A stretch of 64,000 nucleotides of DNA from Atractiella rhizophila (taxonomy: Eukaryota), in contig MU271391.1 in the NCBI GenBank assembly GCA_021432655.1, forward strand, positions 1 to 64,000, given 5' to 3'. Each line of letters opens with the position of its first letter. Position 1 is the first letter of the stretch. Positions 52,097-64,000 of the stretch are shown one piece after another. The translations under genes were made by a program, and so were the position numbers. The notes beneath the pieces are model-generated. The model saw only the letters and a list, made by a program, of their open reading frames with translations, did no database searches and had not been told where the DNA came from.

Positions 52097-53553
52097 ATGG
52101 CTCAGTCCGCGTCAAATCAGAAACCACTCTCATTGCAGGCTTCGGTTTATGCTGATGCGAATGAGAAGCTGGGGAAGGCACACTGGGACTACAACAACCT
52201 TGGTAGGCAGGGGAGCTATTCTTTAGTCGCATGTTGATATTTTCCGTCAGTGATTCAATGGGGAAATGCTTCAGATTTTGAGATCATTCGTCGCGTTGGC
52301 AAAGGCAAATATTCGGAAGCCTTTCAAGCGATAGATTTAAAGCACAAGGAGACGTGCGTCATCAAGGTAATTGCTACAGTGGAGGAACATACTTGTTTTC
52401 CTTACCTCTCCGTGACAGGTCTTGAAACCCGTGAAGAAGATGAAAATTAAGCGGGAGATCAAGGTGCTACAGATTCTTCATGGCGGACCGAACATAGTCC
52501 GCCTCTTGGATGTCTGTCGAGATCCTCAGGTTCGGTGTTTCCCTCACACCGTGGAACCTGACTAAGATCATGGACGAGTAGTCTAAAACACCTTCAATCA
52601 TCTTTGAATACGTAGACAATACGGATTTGAGGACGCTCAACCCAGTTCTGACAGATCACGATGTATGTCTAGCCTGCCGGTCATCCCCTCTTGTTGACGA
52701 GAAGAGCAGGTCCGGTTTTACATGTTTCAGCTTCTGAAGGCATTAGATTACGCGCACAGCAAAGGTATCATGCACCGCGACGTAAAACCTGGGAACATTC
52801 TCATTGATCACAAGAAGAAGCGGGTGCGGTGTTTTCGGATCACAGAGGTGTTCCTTCTGACGATGACCTATCTAGCTACGACTGATAGATTGGGGGCTGG
52901 CTGAATTTTACCATCCGAACACCGACTATAACGTCCGGGTAGCGACGAGGAATTGGAAGAGCCCGGAACTCCTCGTTGGTTATGAATTGTACGACTACAG
53001 CTTGGATCTGTGGTCTTTAGGATGTACTTTGGCGGCGATCGTTCGTCCTTTACCTGTTCAACTTCACGCCTCTAAGCACCATCGAATCTATAGATATTTC
53101 GAAAAGATCCTTTCTTCCAGGGTCGCGACAACTACGACCAATTGTTCAAGATCACAAAGGTTCTAGGCACGGACGAGTTGTACCGGTACCTTGAAAAATA
53201 CGACATTGGGCTAGATGCTGAATTCGATAACATACTCGTTCGTTATGACAAGAAACCATGGACACGATTTGTTACAACCGAGAACCAACGCTTTATCTCG
53301 AACGATGCCATTGATCTGGTGGATAAGTTGTTGAAGTACGATCATCAGTTACGGCTTACAGCGAAGAAGGCGATGGAACATGCCTATTTTGGTGCGCTGA
53401 ATACCTCCCGCCCTCTTTCTCGATCGGTGGATTCTGATATATGAAGGTATAGAACCGATCAGGAACTTGGAGATGTGGGGGAGAAGACCAGTTCTGACGG
53501 ATGCCAGCGATAGTTTGGGTGAATCGACTGGTGAAGAGAAGGAGGAAGATTAG
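52097..53553 (+). CDS. Casein kinase II catalytic (alpha) subunit, divergent
   Basis: [89 protein letters not shown]. Confidence 0.93.
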
Positions 53554-53759
53554 AGAAAACGCAATTCTTGGAGTTCGTTTGTTCGGTCGTTGGTTTGTTT
53601 GTACAATTACTCGTTACTTAGTTGCTGGCGCATTCAGGTCTAATAGTCATTCTATATGTTTCTTTCAGCTACACCGAGACAACATGGCACATTTAAATCA
53701 TACATTCAAGTTGAATTCGTGAAGCAAGATCACCACACAGAGTTGAATACAATAGCCTA

Positions 53760-56700
53760 TTAAACTGGCATGTCTTTCCAGGAAGTGTTTTGGCTGGTCA
53801 ATAAAGTGATCTCTCCAGACCCCAGATCCCACTTTTTCCTCCCTGGCAACAAGTTGGTAATAATGAACCTTGCACCTTCTTTCAAACCGCCATCCACCAA
53901 GATCTTCGGATCGCGAACTGTGAGAGATGCCACTCGGGGTTCATCAGGACGGCATGATGTCTGATAATCCTTCACAACAATATTACGGCATAACAGTGAT
54001 CGCCTGGCAGGACAGGATTTCTAGACATGCTCACTGAGTGCAGCTTCAAATGGAGAAAGGAGCGAACACAAACCTCCAGCTCCTTTTCCACCCTTCCCTT
54101 CAACGTCTGTTGCTCAGACAACACTCGCTCCCGAACAACCTCGTATGTGGCTTGAAGGACAGAGGAAGACGCTGTGGAGAGTAGTTTGCGACGGAGAGCT
54201 GGTGAGGAAGCTTCCTCGAGATCATCAAAAAGGTCGCGGCCAGATGCTATGGGGAAAGCTTTGTAACTTAAAGTGGTATCATATACAAAGACATACCCTC
54301 GAGACTGACTGCTTCCAGTGAGCTCTTGAGTGTCTCAGTGACCTCGTCCAAAATCATTTCGAACGCTCGTAAATCTTCACCGAAATCCTGAGTAAGCTTT
54401 TGAGCGGTAGAATCCCTCAATGCTTGCCATTCATCTTGAAGTTTGGCCTCTTGCTGTTCATCCCATGCATTTTTGCCATCAGAATACGTGAGGGGGAGGA
54501 GCCGGAATATTTGGACATCGAGTATAGGTATGAACCCTCCATCTTGAGTCAGGCTGCGAAGCGTCAGTATCGGAGTTGCAGCTTTACGTCCAAGGCGAGC
54601 GTCCCACTTTGCAAGTGTGCTTGAGTTGCCTGATATCTCCAATGACGACATATCGTAGGCATCCAGCACGTCGATCCCTTCTCGAGGTCCCAGCGTCTGG
54701 AGCAATCGTCAACATTGGCAAGAGCTGCCTAAGGATAAGACAGACCTTGGCTCCAAAAATTTCGAGTTTGTGCCCAACTTGCAGCTTTTTCTTTGAAATA
54801 GCACGCCTCAAGCTATCGTCGACTGTTGCTCTCATGAAGTACCACCCATCTGTCAACTCCATCTCTTTGACCTCTGCCCCATTCTTTTTGCTCATGAGGA
54901 AACGCGAGACGCATAGAACCATGCGAACAGACGGGCAACAATCCCGTTCTTGAATTCGACGAATAATCGAGCGATGTGCCTGGAATTCGCGCTCCCATCT
55001 AGAAAGAACTCAGCTCTTGCTTGCCCAGCAGTCAGAAGACCCACCTGTAGCTAAACTGTCGCAATACCTCCTCTGCCGTCCACCAAATATGTCGCTCATC
55101 CGGTTTGAGGCGAATGTACGACGAAAGCTTCCATAGAATCAAAGACCAATGATTCTTGACCCAATTCAAAGAAACATTGGTATCTGTCCGTTGATTCAGG
55201 AAAGCGACGACGTCTGCTGGACCGAGAGGTTGCCCACTCAGATCTGGCAAGGTGAATGATAATGCATTGTCGAGATTGAACGAGAGAGGATCGTTGGCAC
55301 TGTTTAAATAAGTTCCACCTTCCAACCACACGATCTCAGGCTTACGCTAGATTATCATTCACCTGCTCGGCACATGGAGCGACATCAAAACCCCATTCGC
55401 ATAAACCCTTGCGAGGACACTTCCCGAGCCCCAAGTCAAAAATTGGCTTTCTCTTCTCCTTTGCTTCCTTCTTTGCCAACATATTGCTTCTGGCCATTTG
55501 TCTGCCTTTCAATTCCTCCAGCTCCTTCGCCACCTTTGATGACATCGCTCCATTCTTAAACGGAGTGACAAATGCCGGTTTCTTCTTTAGAGCAGAAGCC
55601 GTGTTCATGGGTGACTTCCCAAGCGACTGATATTTCGCAATGGTCCGGTGTAATGATGGTTGTGGTGCATAGATGGAAGCTGGCGTCTTGGGCCCTCCAG
55701 GCCCTGGAGGCAATGAGAAGGTTGTGCTTGGCCGTGGGCGGTTATACGGTGTCTTGGGCGGTAGGGGAGAGGCAACAAATGTCGATACAGGAGGCAGTTG
55801 TGGAGGTTTGAACGCCGACTCGGACAAGACAGATCCCGACTCTTGCCTTGATTCTGGAGAGGATGCGTCCTGAATCGACCGCACAGTCGCTGTTGAGCGT
55901 TTCTTTGGCGTGGGAGACTTTGGCTGCTGCCTCGAAAGAATGGTGGGCAGCGGACGAGTGAATAGTTTCTTCGAAATATCTTGATTTCCGGAGAAAGGCG
56001 AACCTCCGCTAAGCAGGTCTTGCGAACGAGCGAGAGCATCCGCAGACGGATCCTTCACAGGCGTCCCAGCTCCACTAGTTAGACCACTGAACGCACCAGA
56101 AGAGTTAGGCATTCGACTTGCCGACTCCATTGCTCCTCTGTTAGGATCTTTCGATGGGGAACGAGATCCGTCTGCTCTCCTCAGGACACCGAAATTGAGA
56201 GGTGTCCGTGCCAGTGCACCATTCAACAAGTGGTTCGCCTTCTGCAATGACTCTACAGATGGATCCTTGACCTTCTTGCCTGAACCGCTCATCAATCCAC
56301 CAAATCCACCACCACCAACAGCTTTCTTCACCGGAGTTGTCAGAACATTGGACGCACGACCGCCCATGAGTAAAGCGTTCGCTTTGTCCATTGCAGCCAC
56401 TGACGGTGATTTGACCTTCTTCCCAGATCCGCTCGTAAGACCGTCGAATATGGCCTTTGAACGAACTGGAGTGGATGGAAGAAGCGAGCCAAGATTGTAT
56501 TGGCTCATGTCGGGGAGTAAGCTGGGCTCTCCCTCGATATCGATTCCAAGCTTTCTCTTGAGCTTAGCGAGACGATCAGGCGATGGGTCCTTGAGAAACT
56601 TCCCGGAGGCGAGTTTAAAGCCCCCGAAAGCTTGCGTAGAAGATGGTAGGACGGCAGGCTGTGGTAGACGGCTCGAGAGGTCCACGTCCATAGCGAGCGA

Positions 56701-58132
56701 TTCATCGAAGGATTTTACTTTTGCAGTTGGGATCCAGTCCTCGCCCAATTCCTCCCAATCCAAATCCAAATCATCAAACTCGTCCGCTTCCCCTTCAAAG
56801 ACTCCATCAGCAACCACTTCATCTGCCTTTCCCTCTCCCACTTCATCTTCGGTGGTGGCAGCGTCAAGCGGCGCTTCATCACAGTCGACAGGAACGGCAA
56901 GGTCGATTTCTGCAAGTTCAGACGGGTTAAAAGACAACCGTGATCCTGTTTCGGACTGCTCATCCCCATCTCGGCAGACAAGTCCTTGACTGGGGTAGAA
57001 TCCTTTGGTAGGGGAAACTTCTTCATGGTATCCTGAGTCGTCCCCAATCGCGTTGTCGGCCCGTCCCTCCTGCGGCTCCACTTCACTAAACACTACTCTC
57101 TTCCCAAGTACATTGAAGATGTTGTCGCCTTCTTCCTCCAACTCCTCCCCCAAGTGCTCCATCTTCGCCCTAGCATCTATCCTTTCCAGCAGATCTAACT
57201 CTTGCATGAGTTCGTCGTCGTCTCCCATATCTTTAAACAGATCGCTGCTCTTGGATAGAGATTTGCGTTTCGACTGAAAGGGATTTGAGCCTCCATGGTA
57301 AACATAGGATGCTCTTGGAGACGGAGTATGTGGACTGTTCCGGGAGACGGAGTTCGAAAGCTGCCGTGGATGGGATTCGGTTGCATCTAGAAGAGAAGCA
57401 ACCGATTCCTCCTGAGACGGGATGATCAGACGTTGTTCGTCGTAAGGGATGGTACCCGATTCAACGGCTCTAACGGTCGTTCCCGTGGAGTGTGACTTAT
57501 AGTTAAAGTCACCAAGCTCCTTACTCGATGTGAAGCTTTGAAAGTTCTCGGATCCTCTTCTAAGTAGCGGTGTCCTGAGAGAATCCTCGAAAGGCATCTC
57601 CGCCTCCGTATCCGTGACCCACGTCCTCGTGCTCCCGGAAGTCCAATCTGCGCTCCGCACAACTGGAGCACCCAGTACCAACGAATGGACAGACGCTGTT
57701 GGTGCACGTCTAGAAGGGGAGGAAGGTCTGAGGGGAGAGCGTAGTGGCGATGGCTCCGGGGTCGGGGAAGGAGAAGATAGCGGAGAGGAGCAGGCATCAT
57801 TCGAGGTATTATGAGAAGCAGTGGAGACTCGTTCGTTGGTCTTGCGCCGCTTGGCGGGCCTGGGACTGGGATCAACGCGAAACGGAGGAGGTGCTGAATA
57901 CATGATCCTTTACCTCAAACCCTCACTTGACATTTGACGAAGAAAGATACACACCCTGGCTTTGCTGAGCAATCCTTGCAGACTTTCTAGACCCAGTTCT
58001 GCTCAAATCGCTGCTGCTAACGCTCTTGCCGCTCCCCATTCCCAGTCGTTGTGATTTTGACGCCACATTCTGATGAGACGGAGTGAGGCGGGGAGAAGAA
58101 GACATCCCTGTGGTTGTAGCTCGTCGTTTCAT
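53760..58132 (-). CDS. BRH2: BRCA2 homolog (Brh2-like); start could be 58132 or 57903
   Basis: BRC-like repeats; helical domain WVKNHWSLILWKL; OB1 motifs YRWERE, RMVLCVS, ELTDGWY, VGHKLEIFGA, NSSTLAKWDARLG, LTQDGG. Confidence 0.9.
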
Positions 58133-60714
58133 GCCGTGGCGCGTCAAAATCGAAGGTATAAAGCGCGAAAAAGGGCTGACTACGTCGTTTTGGACACTTC
58201 CCAGAAGGGTATTAATGTCATGTGACTTGGCACAATAAGACGCGTTCTTCCATCGATTCCGACAAAACCAACTGAACTCTTGAGTTCCCTCGACTCTTGA
58301 GCTCTATCCAACTGGTCACTGCGGCCTTTGTGGCAGAACCGTTGTACTGTACTTATCCTGTCGCTTTGCGAAGTGGCGGGGATATCAGTTCGGTGGAGGC
58401 ATCACTAAGCCATGTCATTACAAGGAAAGGAGTCGACGACAGTATGATAGATCCAGTTGTAGGACTTAGTATTGTTATCGGTATTTGAGCAGTACGTCCT
58501 CTTACTTGTACATCAGGGTCCCGCGTCTTGAAAATATTGGACTTCCTGGGACTCCTTCATTGTTGCAGAACAATGGACAACTTCAAGTTCCCAATCGCAC
58601 ATTGCCTGGTAAATTGGAGGTAATGTCGTCCTTCAAAAGAGCAGATGAATGGTACGCGGGCCGTCTATTGGCAACTCAAGGCCGTCAATACGAGAGAATT
58701 CATCGTTTTTGACAAGGATGGGGACTTCCACTTACATCTCTTCGCTCAATTAGTCGGTTATGGAGACTCTCCTTTCCTGTGCCAGGTCAGGGAGAGGGAT
58801 CGCGGACCGTCATAAAGTTGAACTCCTCCCGTCCTCGCCTCTGTCCTAGGCTTACGTGGGGTGAAGATATTGGTTCAACGTCACGCAAGTTCGCTTCCTT
58901 TACTTTAGACTGTGGCCACGATGAAGACGGGATCGAGGAGGAGATACACGAGGCGGATTCGGACCGCGAACACTAGACATTGAGTTATTCTCCTTGTACA
59001 TGGAGAGAACTCCACCCTATAAAGAGTCGACAGTTGGCCATTCTTCTCTAGAGTACAATCAAAGAAGTCTCTCCAATCATCGCTGCCCAAAGATCATGAA
59101 GTTCTCGACCCCCATCGCTGCCGCTTTGGCCATTCTTTTGTAGTCCCTGCCTTCCTTTTTATAGCTGGTCTAACGATTTTCTAAAGCGTTGGCGTCCAAG
59201 CTATGCCAGGATCGGAAAGAAGCGAGCTGCTTGCTCGCCAGGCAGGCTGTTGCGGGGACTGCGTGAGCTTCCTCTTCTTCCTCGCCGTCTGAGCTGCTCT
59301 GAAATCTTTGAAAGGCCTGCCCTTGTACGCATTCTCATGTTTAAAAGGATCAACTCACTCTGAGCTCTTGACTGCGTCCAGGTTGGGTCTGTGGGGTGAG
59401 ATCGCACTGTTCTACTAGGCGTTTATTGACTTTCAAGTTCAGGTCTTCGACTGTCAGGACATTTGTTCGACTTGAAAGAGGTTTGAAACGGGCAGAGGAA
59501 TCCCTTCTGAATACCAGGTGCAGAAGGAGACGAATACAATTCTTGTATCCGTTGGTGAATAGGTTAAAATGAGTGGACACTTGTAATATTAGGATTTTTG
59601 AAACATATTCACTACAAGGATCTTTGGATTCGATGTATTGAGCTGTGACTTCCAGCCTAACTGAACAATAAAACGTTGGGACTGCTCTATTGGAGAAAAT
59701 GTTTCACAGTGGGAAATTTACAACCATATTCAACTTATAAGAGTTGCGACATTGAACATTGATTGAATACGCCACTAAGGGATACTAGCCATCCTTATGA
59801 CAGAGAGTGCTGAAAAGGCTCATCGTAGGTTGCAATGGCCATAATTTAGCACTGCATGCAGTTTTTCATACCCCCGTGTCGACCAGACCAACCTCGTTAA
59901 ACTAACACGATTAATGGCAACATGAACCGCTTCTCAAAGGTCAAACCGTTGCTTCTGGAAGTAAAAAGTTGAACCGAGACAAATTAATTCTCTTGCCGAT
60001 ATCCTTCGCCACATTTTGGGCACTAAACAACATATTAGCATGCTAAATGAATCGAGGCAAACGCGACCGCACCTCATAATAAACGGTCGTTCCCTCGTCC
60101 GCTGATTTCTCTTGCCGTGTTTCAAAATGCATCTGCGGATGGCCACATGCTTTGCACTTCTCATCGATCTATCATCAACTCATGAATTCGTATTCTTTTC
60201 TATCAGGGAAGGAAAAATACCAAGGCACCCTTGCTCTTCTTCCCCATCTGAAATTGCACTAGTGCTTTCTTATCCTTTAATGCGCTGGGGAAAGCATCCG
60301 GTCGCGACCGTGAGCGTATCACAACGTTCTCGTAGACTATTCATTCCCTGTCTTTGCTGAGTTCTGGATGATTTGTTCATTAGAAAGGAGACAGACTTTT
60401 GGCATCCTCTACCCGACCACAGGCAGCACATTTTATGATGTCCTCCGTTGCTCCAGGGACATCAAGGAGTGTCCCGCACGCTGGACAGAAGTTTAACGAG
60501 CCGAAAGAGTTTTGAGAGGTGGGATTCTCCATATACATATCACCAAATGTTGTGGGCAAAAATTTGGGCTGAACCGACGGGTCAGGTTGTACGTTCCCTC
60601 TGAGTACGTGATCTGAAACAATCCACGTGTCAATTTTTTCTTCTTACCACATCCTCCAACAAAACCCCAACCAACCTGCAACAAAACAACCCAACCCAAA
60701 ACAACCAAAAAAAA

Positions 60715-62882
60715 ATGGCAACTCGTACCGTCCCCGGCGCTGCCCCCTCCCAGGCGAAGAAAGGGAAGCCGTCGGGCTCGACAGGAGCGCTGAACGGGAA
60801 GTCTGTTGCTTCCAAGGAAGCAGCTCCTGCGGTCGCTTCTGGGCCGATAGATTATTCAATCGGTGGAAAACCCAACAAGGAGGCGTACGATAGGGAGCAG
60901 AATGAAATTAAGAAGGAGATCGAGAGGCTGCAGAACAAATCGGTGAGGTTTTTTATTTACAGTTTGGTAGTGGATGGAAGTTAGACCTGGTCACTTGAGA
61001 GGTGCATCTTGCTCTGTTGAGCTGTTTCGATGCCTTGCAATCATCTGAGGAAGGAACAGTGAGGACCAACCTCCCCATGCTGCTTTGCGGAGCATTGCGC
61101 CATCCGATCACCCATATGTCAGATGCTCTGTTTAACCTCTGTAGTATCAAGAACGAGATTAGGATGCTTGCAGATTCTCAATTTCGTTGCTTTGCATACC
61201 AAAGCTGTGTAATTGAAGGTCCTGGTTCCTGCAAATTGGTTGCAAAATAAAACACACTTTACGAGTCGTCGTGCTGCGCAAATCCAGGTCTTTTCAGCGA
61301 ATGACGGTTTGTAACCGCGCGCTAACTCTTCTTTCTTATAGAACGAGATTCGTGCCCAAATCGGCTCGTCCTCTGGCAAGAACGCCGACGCAGAACGACG
61401 GGCTCAGCTGCGGTCTGAGCTGGACGCCGTGAAGGGAGAGCAAGCAGCGAACAAAGGTGGCAGGCAGAAAATTGTGGATCAGATCAAGAACCTGCAAGAA
61501 GTCAACCGCAAGAGGGTAGGTGGATCACTCAGTTTTTGAGGTTGCGGCTGACGATAGCCTGGGACAGATACAAGATCTTACTGCTGCTAGGAGCAAGGCG
61601 CCATTCAAGACCATGCTGGAGGTGGATAACCAAATCAAGTGTGTTTTCCCTCACCTGTCCTGACTGTGTCGGGTATTTATGACGGGGGTAAGATCGCTGG
61701 AGAAGAGGGTCGAATCTGCAACTATGAAGCTCGTTGAGGAAAAGAGGACCCTCACTGAAATATCTTCCCTCAAGCGCTCCCGGAAGGTTGTCGAAGGGTT
61801 CGCAACGCAACAACAGCAGATCGACGCTACGAAGAAAGAGATCGAAGCTCTGCAAGCCTCCGCTAATGATCCCGCCATCAAGTCTTCGTTCGACAAGATG
61901 CAGTCTCTCCGTGCGGAATTGGACGAGATCTCGAAGCGTTCAGAAACCAAACAGAAAGAGAAAAATGCGTTATTCAAGGAGAGAAATGCCTTACAGAAGC
62001 AGATTGACGAACTGTACACCAAGAAAAAGGAGAGCGTAGCCAACTTCAGATCCGCGAATGACAAGTATTTCCAAAAGATGCAAGAGGATCGGAATCGGCG
62101 GATGGAGAAGCAGAAGGCTGAGAAGGCGCAGTTTGAGGATCAAAAGAAGAAGGAGCTGCACGCGCAGTGGAGGGAGGAAGCCGCTTTCGCTGCATTCGCG
62201 GATGAGATTCAGGACTGCAATAACCTCATCTTCTACTTCAACAAGCTTCGTGGTATCAACACTCCCCTGCCCAACGGCGCTTCCGCTACCGCCACCGCCA
62301 ACGCTTTGGGTTTACCTAGCTTGAACTTGAGGGAGGTGGATGGCGCGCTTCCCGAGGGAGCGAAGGCGTTGAAGAAGAAGGGGACAGAAGATGAGGGGTC
62401 TTGGGGCGGTCTTGGAAAGAAGGGAAAGAAAGGAAAGAAAGTTGAGAAAGAGGAGGAAGAAGGAGAGAAGAAGGAGTCCGATAAACTCAACGTCCCGTTC
62501 CAGACACTCTCTGCGCTTCTGAAACTAGGGATTGAAGCGCCACTCATTTACGGTGACTTGGAGAGGACGGTGGGTGATTTGGAGAAGAAGAAACTTTACT
62601 TTGAAACCAATCAGGTATGTCCTTCCCTCGTCTGCTTGGATCCACTTTGATTCTGTCGGAATGGGACAGGAACGCGTGACCAAGGAAAAGGTCGCGGCGG
62701 TCGAAGCAAAAATTGCGGCCCAGTCGAAAGCGAATGGATCTTCCTCTCCTGCCACGGGCGATTCAACCTCCCAGCCTGCTGACACCCCTCAAACAGACGC
62801 AACCGCCGACGCAATCGCAGAAACGGCCCCTGAGGCTGTAGAGGATGCGGAGGAGAAGGAACAAGAGAAAAACGAGGACTAG
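60715..62882 (+). CDS. BFR1: Bfr1-like coiled-coil protein (nuclear segregation / mRNP protein)
   Basis: GGKPNKEAYDREQ, KAPFKTMLEVDNQIK, LEKRVESATMKLVEEKRTLTEISSLKRSRK, AFADEIQDCNNLIFYF, KLNVP, YFETNQERVT. Confidence 0.85.
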
Positions 62883-63569
62883 ATTTGATCCTCAACAACC
62901 GTTCTCAAAAGTACCATCATCGTTGGACAAAACTTTCCCTATCTACTTCATGGGATACAGCACTTAGGCAATGCCTTGGTTTCCTTGGATTGTTGGAGAG
63001 CTTCGTCGTACTATTTCTAATAAAATATTAATTTTCCAAATCTGGAAAGAGCGACAATGCGTTCCAGGAATAGCCTGGCTGTTGGTCGGAAATTTTCCAA
63101 ACCTACAACGCATGCTGCGACCATAGCAACGCCGACTGCCTTTGAATTCACGAAACGAATTGTCAGCGGGGCATGATCAGAGCAACAGAAAGCCCAATCG
63201 TTCGAGTGCATTCATCGGTCACGCCATGTATAACGCCACCATGCTCCTCCTACAAAAGGGAGCGTCTCCTCGTTCGCCATTTTTCAAGGATCTTCTTGTG
63301 ACTTCCTCGTTGAGGTTGAGTTCGCGACTCCAGTCTTTCGTTTGATCTCAGTAGAGGCTCTAGCAGCTCTCTTTACCTTTCTTTTGTGCTCAAAGTCGTC
63401 GAACGACTCTTACTCGGGAAGTCTCTCACGTAGCCTCAGGTGAGGTTGATTCTTCTCCGATCTAGTGACAACATTCTGATGTGTGAAAGCAGGAGGCAAC
63501 AAGTCCAATCCTTCACTCGTCAAACTCTGAACTCCAAGTCTCCAAGATATTGAATAAGGAAGACTCACT

Positions 63570-64000
63570 ATGAAGGCAACAACTCTCGTATCCCTCTCCA
63601 TTCTCGCCGCGCAAACACTCGCACTGCCCATCCTCCGTCCTACCCCCGCTCCTCTCCCAGCGAAGGCGAAGCGTCAAATCGGAGTATCCATTCTGTCCTC
63701 CTTCACACTTTCCGGGGCAGAACACCTTGCGCATGACTGTACATTTTTCATAATCTGGTCTGGCACACCATTGACCGTCGGAGGGGAACAGCCGCTGCTT
63801 CAGCAGCAGCAGCAGCAGCCACTGGAAACCCTGTTCTTGGTGTAGCAGGAGATGGCTCCAGTGGAGCAGCGACCGACTCTGCCTCTGCCGCCGATTCTGC
63901 GTCCGAGTCCTCCTCTGATTCCAGCTCTGCAGCGGCGGAGGCGACATCCTCATCGAAGGAGTCAAAGGCTACCTCTTCCTCGAAGGAATCCAAAACCGAA
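63570..64000 (+). CDS. Secreted Ser/Ala-rich protein, 5' part (runs off the window)
   Basis: Signal peptide MKATTLVSLSILAAQTLA, a KR dibasic site, then an A/S-rich open frame to the window end; splicing between them is not resolved. Confidence 0.6.

Noticed and set aside
58300..60600. Possible decayed gene or element between BRCA2 and BFR1
   Set aside because: Only short stop-interrupted ORFs without identifiable motifs; needs a homology search.
1..64000. tRNA, rRNA and CRISPR arrays
   Set aside because: No cloverleaf with A/B boxes, rRNA motif or regularly spaced repeat array was seen; the context is eukaryotic.

Overview
Eukaryotic genomic window from an intron-rich fungus, most likely a basidiomycete (inferred from short ~45-60 nt GT-AG introns, microexons, a Brh2/BRCA2 gene and a DUF6534-like gene). 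It holds about 20 spliced protein-coding genes: YMR196W-like glycosidase, bZIP factor, FAD monooxygenase, extended-SDR epimerase-like protein, GH31 alpha-glucosidase, RhoGAP, RRN7, S33/TAP-like hydrolase, deoxyhypusine synthase, MRX11, TOM20, PHB2, LONRF, a divergent CK2 alpha, BRCA2/Brh2, BFR1 and others. The most striking feature is that ~1749-4467 is the middle of the glycosidase gene written BACKWARDS WITHOUT COMPLEMENTATION. Read right-to-left on the same strand it gives the in-frame protein and GT-AG introns, and it abuts a 108-N gap. Ordinary DNA inversion cannot produce this, so a data or assembly artefact is the leading explanation. Other points of interest: a dispersed three-member F-box-like family (one copy a pseudogene), a 31-bp hairpin enclosing a stop codon, two unusually long introns closed by terminal stems (one with a duplicated acceptor), 4-5 BRC-like repeats in BRCA2, a CK2 alpha with altered conserved motifs, and a T-depleted, low-quality-looking stretch at 38.4-38.9 kb. 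No tRNA, rRNA, CRISPR array or intact mobile element was recognised. Exon boundaries were read by eye.
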